64,000 nucleotides of DNA from an uncultured Alphaproteobacteria bacterium (GTDB taxonomy: Bacteria; Pseudomonadota; Alphaproteobacteria; Caulobacterales; Hyphomonadaceae), in the NCBI GenBank assembly GCA_903831255.1, contig CAIKWZ010000075.1, positions 119,584 to 183,583 of the forward strand, given 5' to 3'. Numbering within the stretch: position 1 is the first letter of the stretch; every line of letters begins with the position of its first letter. This document shows positions 30,036 through 41,600 of this stretch, one piece after another. The notes beneath the pieces were generated by a model, which saw only the letters and a list, made by a program, of their open reading frames with translations, ran no database searches and was not told where the DNA came from. The translations under genes and the position numbers were made by a program.

Positions 30036-33000
30036 TCAGAAGCGTGCCGACAGACCGACGCGCAGCTGACGGGGCGCCTGATAGCTAAGCGGCTTTCCAT
30101 AGTTCGGGTTAAGCGAACCAGGAATGCCGTTCGAGATCTCGCCGAACTCGTTCAGGTCAGTGACAGCCTCACTGTTGAACACGTTGAAGAGATCAAGCCG
30201 GGCCTGCATGTCCAAAGGTCCCGCTTCGAAGTTGTAAGCGAGAGACAGGTCAAGGTTCTTAGTCCAGTCCGACTCCAGCTGCGTGCCGCGCGGCGTGAGC
30301 TTGCTGTTGCAGAAGAAGGACGACGCGCCATAGGCCTGCGCGTAGACATCCGTCGGATGGTTTCCGATGCAACCGAACTGACGCGGCGACTGAATGCGGA
30401 CATTCGCACCGATTAGCACATTGTCGATCGGGGAATAGGTCCCCCAGACCTTCAAGGTGTGCTCGCGATGGTTCGGGAGCTTTCCAGTCGCCCCGTCCGC
30501 CAGACCCGGCTGATCGAAATCCTGCGTCAGTCCGGCGTCGTCCTGCGCGTTGTCAGACTTCACAGCGCCCTCATAGTTCCCCTCACTGTTGGCCCAGGTA
30601 TAGGATCCCTGAAGACCCCACTTGCCGTCGAACGCCCGCTCGAACGTGAACTCAGCGGCATCATACGTACGGTCAACCTTTGGATAACCGAGATCGGCCG
30701 CCTTGAGGGTGAGGGTCCGCAGCGTCCCGGCGGGATCGCCAAGGATAGGCGTGGTCAGCTGAACCGTCACATCACTACCCGGGTTCGCCAGAACATACTG
30801 GTGGAAGCCGGAGTAGGAAGCGGTGGCGGAGCAATCCGTCGCACCACTACTCTGGGCAAGACAGTATTTGTTCACCGCCGCATCGATCGCGATATCCTCG
30901 ATAACCTGCTTGAGCTCACGGTGCGTGGCGCTCACGCCGAAGGTCCAGTCGCCGAAGCTACGCTCTGCACCGAGGGTAAACTCGTCCTCATAGAAGGGCT
31001 CAATGTCGCGCTGCACGGCCTGAAGGCCGTTAGGCGTCGACCCATTCGCAAAGGTTTGCGTGTCGCGATAATTGAGTCCAGCCAGCGTAGGATAGCCGTT
31101 GGCGTCAACGGCGCTCACAGAATAGCGAACCCGATAGAACCGCTCGGCGCCGCCGAGACGGATGTTGGTATTGGTCGCGACTGGAAGGAAGTAACGGCCG
31201 AAGGAGCCGTAGACCTTGGTCAGACCATCATCGAGCGGGTCCCAGGCGAAGCCGAGGCGCGGTCCGATCTGATTATCCATCGAGATGAACGTCTCACCAT
31301 TGACGTTCTTGTTTTCGAATGAATCGTAACGAAGACCAATCTGCAGGGTCAGGTTCTGGAGGACGTCCCAGCTGTCCTGAATGTAGTAAGCCTGCTGCTG
31401 GCTCTCAAACGCTCCATTGTTGAGATAGTAATCCATCCGATACCGACCGAGCGTTCCGCCGCTCGATGTGAGCGTCGAATAGCGGGTCCAGATAGCCGGA
31501 ATCGTCTGCCCGGCGAGAGGGCTGAAAGAGCCGTCCAGAACGCTGGCCTTCCCCGTGGGGACAAGAATGCCAGGACCGGAGCGCTTGTTGATCTGAGTGG
31601 ATTCAAGCTTCTCGTTATCAATTCCGAACTTCAGGTGATGCTCACCCATGAAGTCGAAACGCAGGTTAGCGTCGATCCGGGCGACTTCGCGTGAATCGTA
31701 GTTGTCGTTGAGCGTAGAAATCGACCAGGCCGGTCCGTTTTCAACCGTAATGCCGCTCGTGATATCTGTCAGCGGAACGATCGAGTTATTCGAAGGAACG
31801 ACAATATCTTCATTCTCGTTCTTTCCCCACATGGCGGACACCGTCAGCCAGTCCGTGAAGTCGCCCGTGTACTTGACGATATTGTTCTTGCTGTTGGAAG
31901 CGGCGCTGTAGGAACCCCGATCCTGGATTTCCTTGTTGTCCGACTGGTTCACCAGAGCCTTGGTGACCTGATCAATGTCCTCGACATTGATATAGGTATA
32001 CTCAAGACGGTGGCCGTCGGCGATGTTCCAGTCGATCTTCGCCGCCATGAAGGGGGACTCGTTTTCAACCGAGAAGCGCTGCCCCGTCGCCTGTCCAGCA
32101 ATCGTGGGGCCCGACCGGTTGGTATCCGACGAGGTGACGTGACGCGCTTCGTAAAGCCCGTAGAAAAAGAGCTTATCCTTGATGATGGGACCGCTCGCAT
32201 AGATCGAAGCGCTCTGGTTGAAACGTTCGTCGAAGCTGTTGATCGCCGTGTAGGTGTCTGGTGAGGTGCTGTAGAAGTCCTCCGTCGACGTCTGAGTGAC
32301 AATCCCGGCATGGAAGTCATTGGAGCCGGACTTAGTGATCGCGTTGATCACCCCGCCGGTCGCCCGCCCATACTCGGCCTGATAGCCGCCAGTCCGGACT
32401 TCCACCGTATCGTAAAACTCAAAGGGCACGCGGCTGCCGCCGATAAGGTTACGGTGGTTGGTGATATTAAGACCGTTCACGATGAACGCGTTCTCGGCGA
32501 TTGAGGTTCCCGAGATAGACGGCTGCGAGCCATAACCGAAGGAGGTATCGCCAGGGGCTGTACCCGGTGCAAGCAAGGCTATGTCTGCGATGCTGCGATT
32601 CAGCGGGATTTGTTCCGAAACATCGCTGACGTCCACAACGACGCCGCGGTTAGTACGATTGAAGTCCAGGGTCGCAACTCGCTGACCAGTGACCACAACC
32701 ACCTCGCCGGCCGCCTGTTGTCCGGGCGGCAGAGAGAACGTGTAAGAAGATGAACCCAACCGAAGCGGCACATCCGGATCCACCTTTGTGGGCAGCCCCG
32801 CCGTCGCGATCGTCACAGTATAGGAACCACTGGGAAGACCTGAGAACGTGAATCGACCTGAAGCGTCAGCCGTCGTGGAGCGCTCAAAACCCTGGGCGTT
32901 TGAACGCACCGTGACGGCTGAGTTCGAAACAGCCTTGCCGCTCGCGTCAACGATTCGACCATCAAAGATGACGGTTGTGTAGTCCTGCGCCAGAGCCGCC

Positions 33001-33107
33001 GGCGCGAATGTCGCAAGCCCAGCTCCAAGCATCAGAGGCGCGCCAAGAGCGCTTACGCCAGCAAGCATTGTTCGTGCGAGCAAACGCCCGCGAAGCTTCG
33101 TCTTCAT
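30036..33107 (-). CDS. TonB-dependent receptor, Oar-like, with N-terminal carboxypeptidase-regulatory-like domain
   Basis: The ATG at 33107 follows GAGGGG. Signal ...FAPAALA|QDY. CarboxypepD_reg-like segment GRIVDASGKAVSNSAVTVRSN...DASGRFTFSGLPSGSYTV. Plug/barrel features, with terminal LRVGLSARF. Confidence 0.85.
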   Translation of the reverse strand: MKTKLRGRLLARTMLAGVSALGAPLMLGAGLATFAPAALAQDYTTVIFDGRIVDASGKAVSNSAVTVRSNAQGFERSTTADASGRFTFSGLPSGSYTVTIATAGLPTKVDPDVPLRLGSSSYTFSLPPGQQAAGEVVVVTGQRVATLDFNRTNRGVVVDVSDVSEQIPLNRSIADIALLAPGTAPGDTSFGYGSQPSISGTSIAENAFIVNGLNITNHRNLIGGSRVPFEFYDTVEVRTGGYQAEYGRATGGVINAITKSGSNDFHAGIVTQTSTEDFYSTSPDTYTAINSFDERFNQSASIYASGPIIKDKLFFYGLYEARHVTSSDTNRSGPTIAGQATGQRFSVENESPFMAAKIDWNIADGHRLEYTYINVEDIDQVTKALVNQSDNKEIQDRGSYSAASNSKNNIVKYTGDFTDWLTVSAMWGKNENEDIVVPSNNSIVPLTDITSGITVENGPAWSISTLNDNYDSREVARIDANLRFDFMGEHHLKFGIDNEKLESTQINKRSGPGILVPTGKASVLDGSFSPLAGQTIPAIWTRYSTLTSSGGTLGRYRMDYYLNNGAFESQQQAYYIQDSWDVLQNLTLQIGLRYDSFENKNVNGETFISMDNQIGPRLGFAWDPLDDGLTKVYGSFGRYFLPVATNTNIRLGGAERFYRVRYSVSAVDANGYPTLAGLNYRDTQTFANGSTPNGLQAVQRDIEPFYEDEFTLGAERSFGDWTFGVSATHRELKQVIEDIAIDAAVNKYCLAQSSGATDCSATASYSGFHQYVLANPGSDVTVQLTTPILGDPAGTLRTLTLKAADLGYPKVDRTYDAAEFTFERAFDGKWGLQGSYTWANSEGNYEGAVKSDNAQDDAGLTQDFDQPGLADGATGKLPNHREHTLKVWGTYSPIDNVLIGANVRIQSPRQFGCIGNHPTDVYAQAYGASSFFCNSKLTPRGTQLESDWTKNLDLSLAYNFEAGPLDMQARLDLFNVFNSEAVTDLNEFGEISNGIPGSLNPNYGKPLSYQAPRQLRVGLSARF

Positions 33108-33177
33108 GTGTGACCCCTCATTTTTGAATGACGACGTCAGCGTCCCCTGCCGACGGCGCAAGGAACCACGATGTCGT

Positions 33178-33201
33178 CTCAATTGTCCTATGTCAATTGA
33201 G
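33178..33201 (-). promoter_or_regulatory. Perfect 8-bp inverted repeat (candidate operator) in the leader/promoter of the Oar-like TBDR
   Basis: CTCAATTG-N8-CAATTGAG lies 71-94 nt upstream of the ATG at 33107 and just downstream of the upstream gene's terminator. The minus-strand reading contains TTGACA. The function is inferred only. Confidence 0.35.
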
Positions 33202-33256
33202 GGAACTCGGCGCTCACGGTCGCACCCTTGAGCACTCCCCACATTGAAAACAAAAA

Positions 33257-33283
33257 GAAGGGCGGGCCATAGGCCCGCCCTTC
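33257..33283 (-). terminator. Intrinsic terminator of the upstream TonB-dependent receptor gene
   Basis: GAAGGGCGGGCC-ata-GGCCCGCCCTTC is followed on the minus strand by TTTTTGTTTTC. It lies 32 nt after the stop at 33315. Confidence 0.85.
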
Positions 33284-33314
33284 CTCGCTACCAACCTGCA
33301 GATCTGCGGCCAGA

Positions 33315-36300
33315 TTAGAACCGGAGGGTCGCTCCGACCGTGAAACGGCGACCAAGGACATCATATGTCGAAGGGTCGGTATTCGCCTGGACCGAAGGGT
33401 TATAGATCGGGGGCTGCTCATCCAGCAGATTATTGATGTTAGCGCGAATGGTCACGTTATCCGTGATGTTCCACGCCCCGATCAGATCGAAGTATCCGAT
33501 AGCGGGAATCTGGTCAGCCTTGTTGTTATAATTGACCATTTCGCCAATGTGCTGCCAGCGAGCGCCGACCCGGAAGTCTCCAAAACGATAGTTCGCCGAT
33601 GTCATCCACTTCCACTCAGGGTAAGCCGAAGCTACCCCGGCCGCGATGGTCGACGCACTGCTGATAAACGCACCCCCGGGAAGAGGCTGGCTCTCAGCAT
33701 TTTCCAGCTTCGTTCCAACCCAAGACAGATCGACCGTTCCGGGCCCGATATCGTAAGCCCAGTCAACCTGGAAGTCGACGCCTTCAACCCGCGTAGTGGC
33801 GAGGTTCTGGTTTGTGGACTGCGGGTTGATGATGCTGCCGCTGAGAGGATCGCGAGTGAACAGCGTGCAATAGAGGTTCGCAGCGCTATAGGTCGGGTTC
33901 GATGTTCCGTTAGAGTTGTAGCACTGCTGGATCATCAGGTTTGCAGAGATTGTGCCCACCCCATCCTGCAGCTCGATGTTGTAGTAGTCGACAGAGGCCG
34001 AGAGGCGCTCCAGCAGAGGATTAGAGAACTGGGACTGCCAGACTGCGCCAACCGAGAAGGTCGTCGCGGTCTCTTCCCCAAGGCTGGGGTTGCCGCCCGA
34101 ATACCCAGGAACCTGCTGGTTAGTGTAGGTGTAGGTGTCGATAACCGACGCCGCCACCCCCTGAGCAAGACACAGAGCCTTGACCTGCGCATTGGTCGTC
34201 GCAGCGAGGTTAGATCCCGACGTGCTGCGATAGCCGCTGCGAACGTCGCACGGATCGCCGCTCTTCTGGGCCGCGCCTGCGGAAGAAACCGGAGTTCCGA
34301 TGGACGGGAATCCGAGCAGAGAAGGCGCAAACAGCTCGCCGACGGACGGAGCCCGAACAGCGCGCTGATATCCGCCGCGGAGCCGGACGCCGTCGATTAC
34401 AGTCCAGTCCAGGTCAGCTTTGTATGTCGAGAGGTTTCCGACAGTGGAATAATCCGACTGGCGGGCGGCGAGCGTCATATTGAGCTCACGCACCGCAGGG
34501 AGATCCTTGAGGAGCGGGACGAGCACCTCGACAAACGCTTCCTTGACATCCACCGCGCCGGCAAGATTCGCTGACGGGTTAAAGCCAGCGATGTCATTTC
34601 CGGTCAGCACCGGGTTGCCGGTTGCCGCTGTCGCAGAGGACGCAGCTCCCGCGCAAGCCGACTGAGCCAGATTGGTCCCCGCATAGGCGGCCGTCGCTAT
34701 GCACGGCTGAACGGAAAGTGAAGCAGACAAGGACCCGTCAGCGAGGAAGGTGAAGGTGTCCTCCCGATAGCTGAGACCGGCTGCGAACCGGACCTCGCCA
34801 GCCGGCAGGTCAAACGCCCCGCCCTGAACGGAAGCTTCAACGTTTCTCTGCTCGTTTATCGCGAGGTTCTTAGATGTCCGACCAATATAATCTTTGCAGG
34901 CCTGAGACAGAGTGGTCTGGCCGTACCAGTCAAACCCTCCAGAGCAGAGCGAAGTCCCGCCATTGGTCGCGTTCAGAAGATTCTGAACAGCCGAGCGGGA
35001 CACGTTCCCTGTCTGTGTCGTCGTGCGGTCGACGCGACCCAGCGACGCGTAAACGTCATAGGTCCAGTCGTTGATGCCCACATCACCCTTCACGCCGGTC
35101 GTGATCTGGAAGACATCATAAAGCTCGGCCCCTCGGCGAGCCCCCAGGGCGACAAAACGCTTGTCAAGACGGAAGCTGCCAAGCGGGTTGGCGCGAGTCG
35201 CCAGAACCGACCGAAGCTCGGCCGGAATAAAGGGGTTGGACACCGGCACGCGGAAGCCTGTCGTGCTTGCAGCCGGAGACGCCGCCAGTTCCTGATACGA
35301 CTCGTACTGAGTGAACAGGAAGTTTCCGTAGACGGTCGCGTTATCGTTGATGTCATAGTCGACCGTCGCGAACGCGTTGTAACGTGTCTGCGGCAGAACC
35401 AGCAGGTTCAACGCCCCGGTGTTATATGCGAAGTCAGGGTTGAAGAGCGGACCAGGCGTGCCAAATCCATTGTAGTCGATGCCGCCCGGGCTGACGAAGT
35501 CCTTTCGGCCGACATAGGAGAACAGAGTATTGTTGTCGTTGAAGCCAAAGGTGTCGCCGACACCGGCGCCGGGAATAGCGGCCTGGACGGATGCAAGCGT
35601 AGGAAGATTATTCGTGTCGAACACCAGATTTCCGAGAGGGCTGGCGCCGGACGGGCCGGAGATAGCTGAGAAGGGTCTGGTGCCGTTGTAGATGTCGTCG
35701 CGCCGATTGTACGACAGCATCATCATGGCGCGACCGCGGCCATCCTCAAAATTGCCGCCAGCTGCGAACGAAACAGATTCAGAGTTTCCATCTCCGCGCT
35801 CGGTCTGACCAAACTCCGAGCTAACTTCGAACCCTTTGAAATCGTCGCGAAGGATGAAGTTAACGACACCCGCGATGGCGTCGGAACCGTAGGTAGCCGA
35901 CGCCCCGCCCGTGATGACCTCAACGCTCTTCACGAGCTGCGAGGGCAGGATGTTTATGTCGACCGTGCCCGTGGAGTTCGACGGAACGACCCTTCGACCG
36001 TTCATAAGCACGAGGGTCCGGTTCGAGCCGAGGCCGCGAAGCTGAAGGTTAGCCTGCCCGCCATTTGAGGGGTTGTTGGACGACTGGTTGATGCCAGGGA
36101 CGAACTGAGGCATCTGGTTGAGGAGCGTGTCGAGGGTGGTGACCCCGGTCGCGGTCAGATCATCAGCGTCGACGGTGACAATCGGGCTGTTCGCCTCGTA
36201 ATCCTGTCGCGCGATACGCGATCCGGTAATGACAATCGTCTCGCCCTTTTCCGCAGCCGGCGCTTCCTGAGCGAGAGCAGCCGGCGCCATGGAGGCGCTT

Positions 36301-36386
36301 GCAAAGGTTACAAGGAGGGTCGACTGCAGGAGGGAGAGCTTGAAAAGATTAGTCTTCACGGGGAACCCCTTCGATCTTGCTGACAC
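33315..36386 (-). CDS. TonB-dependent outer-membrane receptor
   Basis: Signal ...APAALA|QE. Plug region ETIVITGSRIARQDYEANSPIVTV ... LRGLGSNRTLVLMNGRR. A 1023-aa barrel ending FTVGATLRF. Confidence 0.9.
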   Translation of the reverse strand: MSARSKGFPVKTNLFKLSLLQSTLLVTFASASMAPAALAQEAPAAEKGETIVITGSRIARQDYEANSPIVTVDADDLTATGVTTLDTLLNQMPQFVPGINQSSNNPSNGGQANLQLRGLGSNRTLVLMNGRRVVPSNSTGTVDINILPSQLVKSVEVITGGASATYGSDAIAGVVNFILRDDFKGFEVSSEFGQTERGDGNSESVSFAAGGNFEDGRGRAMMMLSYNRRDDIYNGTRPFSAISGPSGASPLGNLVFDTNNLPTLASVQAAIPGAGVGDTFGFNDNNTLFSYVGRKDFVSPGGIDYNGFGTPGPLFNPDFAYNTGALNLLVLPQTRYNAFATVDYDINDNATVYGNFLFTQYESYQELAASPAASTTGFRVPVSNPFIPAELRSVLATRANPLGSFRLDKRFVALGARRGAELYDVFQITTGVKGDVGINDWTYDVYASLGRVDRTTTQTGNVSRSAVQNLLNATNGGTSLCSGGFDWYGQTTLSQACKDYIGRTSKNLAINEQRNVEASVQGGAFDLPAGEVRFAAGLSYREDTFTFLADGSLSASLSVQPCIATAAYAGTNLAQSACAGAASSATAATGNPVLTGNDIAGFNPSANLAGAVDVKEAFVEVLVPLLKDLPAVRELNMTLAARQSDYSTVGNLSTYKADLDWTVIDGVRLRGGYQRAVRAPSVGELFAPSLLGFPSIGTPVSSAGAAQKSGDPCDVRSGYRSTSGSNLAATTNAQVKALCLAQGVAASVIDTYTYTNQQVPGYSGGNPSLGEETATTFSVGAVWQSQFSNPLLERLSASVDYYNIELQDGVGTISANLMIQQCYNSNGTSNPTYSAANLYCTLFTRDPLSGSIINPQSTNQNLATTRVEGVDFQVDWAYDIGPGTVDLSWVGTKLENAESQPLPGGAFISSASTIAAGVASAYPEWKWMTSANYRFGDFRVGARWQHIGEMVNYNNKADQIPAIGYFDLIGAWNITDNVTIRANINNLLDEQPPIYNPSVQANTDPSTYDVLGRRFTVGATLRF

Positions 36387-36576
36387 CAGTTTCTTTCGAC
36401 ACCCCGATCAAAAACGACCGACGGCTCGTCGATAACACTTTTTTTACGATGCCCTCGCCCTGACCTATGCGTCAATCGAAAGAGGGGCGACGACCGAGCA
36501 ACTGCGACAAATCAATGACAGATGATGTTTTTGTGCATCAGGTCGCCGTTTTGAACGGTCCGCAACGAACGCCACG

Positions 36577-39066
<2,490 letters not shown>

Positions 39067-39179
39067 CTATCGGTCGGCCATTCGCTGATCGGTCGCCCAG
39101 TTGGATCAGGATCGACCTGCCGCATTCATAGACCCTTTCGACCCCAATAACTCGACCGAATGTCACGGTCGCTCAGAGA

Positions 39180-40337
39180 TCAAACCTCCCTGACGACCGC
39201 TTCCGACACATGAAACCGCTGTGCGCGCGTTCCGAAAGCGTCAAAAAGGTTCCGATCGGTTCCGGTAAGCCATGCCTGCCCGCCTAAGGCCGCGAGCTCA
39301 TCGTACAGCGCCGCCCGACGATGCGAATCAAGATGAGCCGCTCCTTCATCTATCAATAGCAGGGGATCGGGTCCAAAGTCCCCTTCGAAAAGTGATCGCG
39401 CATTGGCAAGAATCAGCCCTATTAACAAGGCCTTCTGTTGCCCGGTCGAACACTCCTCGGCAGGAGCGCCGGTCGGGCGATGGGTCACTTTCCAATCTGT
39501 CCGATGGACACCCCGCAATGTGCGCCCCGCCGCCGCATCACGCGCTCTGGAAAAGCGCAAGGCTTGCCGAATGTCTTCTTCCGTCCCTTCTCGTGGGCCG
39601 CCGCGGGCGACAAGATCTTCCCATTCGCCAATCAGGTGAACATCCGCCTTCGGGAACTCACCTTCCGCCCGTAAATCAATGGCGGCCTGAAGCCTGACAG
39701 CCGCGCGATAGCGAAACTCAGCCATCGCAGCCCCAGCCTGAGCCATCCGGCCCTCCAGCGCATCCAGCCAGCCCTCATCCCGCCTATCCGGTTCCAGAAC
39801 CGCGTTTCTTTCACGCATCGATCGCTCATAAATCGAAGCTGCGGCTCCGTGTGCCGGAAACTGAGCAAGGACAAGTCGATCGAAGAAACGCCTGCGATCG
39901 CCGGCCGAACCTCCAAAGACCCGGTCCATGGCCGGGGTAAGCCAAATGACGCGCACAAGATCGGCAAAGTCGGCGTGGGACGCGGAATGTCCGTCTAGCC
40001 TGACAAGTTTTCGGGAACGTCCGTTTTCACCCGCTTCGAGACCCATAAAGAGACGCTGACGCACACCCTGGCGCACAACATCGGCAGATACCGCCCATCC
40101 ATTGACCGCACCGTGACGAGCGGCCTCCCCACTGTCTGCTCCGCGCAAGCCTCTGCCCGGAGCAAGAAAAGATACAGCCTCCAGGATATTTGTCTTTCCC
40201 GCACCGTTCGGCCCGAAAAGGACCACATGGCGTCCATCAAGTTTCAGCTGGAGCTCAGCATAGTTTCTGAAGTCCCTGAGCCCAAGCCGGGCGAGGCCTG
40301 GCTGAGCGCTTCGGTCCGCCCCGTTACTCTCAGACAT
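39180..40337 (-). CDS. recF: DNA replication and repair protein RecF
   Basis: Walker A FGPNGAGKTNILEA, signature STGQQKALLIGL, and Walker B LLLIDEGAAHLD. The start overlaps the dnaN stop by 1 nt (TGATG). Confidence 0.93.
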   Translation of the reverse strand: MSESNGADRSAQPGLARLGLRDFRNYAELQLKLDGRHVVLFGPNGAGKTNILEAVSFLAPGRGLRGADSGEAARHGAVNGWAVSADVVRQGVRQRLFMGLEAGENGRSRKLVRLDGHSASHADFADLVRVIWLTPAMDRVFGGSAGDRRRFFDRLVLAQFPAHGAAASIYERSMRERNAVLEPDRRDEGWLDALEGRMAQAGAAMAEFRYRAAVRLQAAIDLRAEGEFPKADVHLIGEWEDLVARGGPREGTEEDIRQALRFSRARDAAAGRTLRGVHRTDWKVTHRPTGAPAEECSTGQQKALLIGLILANARSLFEGDFGPDPLLLIDEGAAHLDSHRRAALYDELAALGGQAWLTGTDRNLFDAFGTRAQRFHVSEAVVREV

Positions 40338-41458
40338 CAGACCCTGAGCGGCATCAGGACATACTGGGCTCCTGGATCGAGAGCATCAAGTACGCGGGCA
40401 GGCGCGCCAGTATCCTGAAATTCGATGCGGACAGTGTCGTTTTCGATCTGCTGGCAAACATCCAGAAGATAGCGCGCGTTGAACCCGATCTCCATCGCCT
40501 CAGCGCTATAGTCCGCCTCGCACTCTTCGACACCATGCCCGGAATCGCCATGGGTCACAGCCAGAACGATCTTCCCCTCGGACAGCGACAGTTTAACCGA
40601 ACGAGACCGTTCGGCCGAGACCGTCGAGACGCGATCGATCGCCGCCGCGAGTTCCGAGTTGTCGACTATAAGAATACGGCTGTTTTTCTTAGGAATGACC
40701 CGTTGATAGTCCGGGAACGATCCATCAATCAGCTTTGAAACCAAGGTGGCGTTTCCGATGCTGAAAACGATCTTCGCGTCGGAAACCTCGACATCAACCT
40801 CATCAGGGCTGTCGTCAAGAAGGCGCCTGACCTCCTGGATTGTCTTTCTGGGAACAATGACGCCTCTGAGTCCGGACGATCCGGCTGGCGCAGACGTCTC
40901 AGCAAGGGCGAGCCTGTGACCGTCGGTCGCGACGGCGCGAAGCACAGCCCCGGCCGGAGACTCGGCATGGTGAAGATAGATGCCGTTCAGGTAGTAACGC
41001 GTCTCCTCCGTCGAAATGGCGAACCGTGTCTTATCGATGATACGCTTCAACTCTCCGGAGTTAACCGTGAAGGACACGGCAGAAGCCTCTCGAGACATGA
41101 TCTGAAAATCATCCGCCGGAAGGGTCGGCAAGGAAAACTTTGAACGGCCGGAACGTAAATTGAGCCGTCCCTCGACCAATTCGAGCGCAACTTCAGCACC
41201 GTCAGGCAGCTTCCGCACAACGTCGAATAATGTCTGCGCAGGCGCCGTTGTGCGCCCCTCAAGCACCACGGCCGCATTGGCGCTGTCTGTCGCCTCTATA
41301 TCCAGATCCGTCGCCGTAAGACGTAAACGTCCCGTCTCAGCCACCATCAGGACGTTTGAGAGGACCGGGATGGTGCTCCGACGTTCAACGACAGCCTGCA
41401 CATGCGCGAGCGAACGCATCAGCGCATTACGATCGACAGTCAGTTTCATCAGCTTCAC
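40337..41458 (-). CDS. dnaN: DNA polymerase III beta sliding clamp
   Basis: 373 aa. MKLTVDRNALMRSLAHVQAVVERRSTIPVLSNVLM start and C-terminal YVLMPLRV. Lies between dnaA and recF. Confidence 0.93.
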   Translation of the reverse strand: MKLMKLTVDRNALMRSLAHVQAVVERRSTIPVLSNVLMVAETGRLRLTATDLDIEATDSANAAVVLEGRTTAPAQTLFDVVRKLPDGAEVALELVEGRLNLRSGRSKFSLPTLPADDFQIMSREASAVSFTVNSGELKRIIDKTRFAISTEETRYYLNGIYLHHAESPAGAVLRAVATDGHRLALAETSAPAGSSGLRGVIVPRKTIQEVRRLLDDSPDEVDVEVSDAKIVFSIGNATLVSKLIDGSFPDYQRVIPKKNSRILIVDNSELAAAIDRVSTVSAERSRSVKLSLSEGKIVLAVTHGDSGHGVEECEADYSAEAMEIGFNARYLLDVCQQIENDTVRIEFQDTGAPARVLDALDPGAQYVLMPLRV

Positions 41459-41600
41459 CCCGTAATCATGCAGCCGATGACGCTGTCACAAGCGTCGCCT
41501 GACTGCCCCCGGACGCCGCCGTTCGGGCCCCGCCATGTCCACCGTGGCGGGCAGCAAGTTTATCCAATTCCGGCCCCTGCGAAAGAGGAGTAAAGACAAT

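Noticed and set aside
36387-36576. A cobalamin/TPP riboswitch or Fur box in the leaders of the two TonB-dependent receptor genes (also 33108-33256).
   Set aside because: No B12-box-like, TPP (CUGAGA) or GATAATGATAATCATTATC-like sequence was found by eye.
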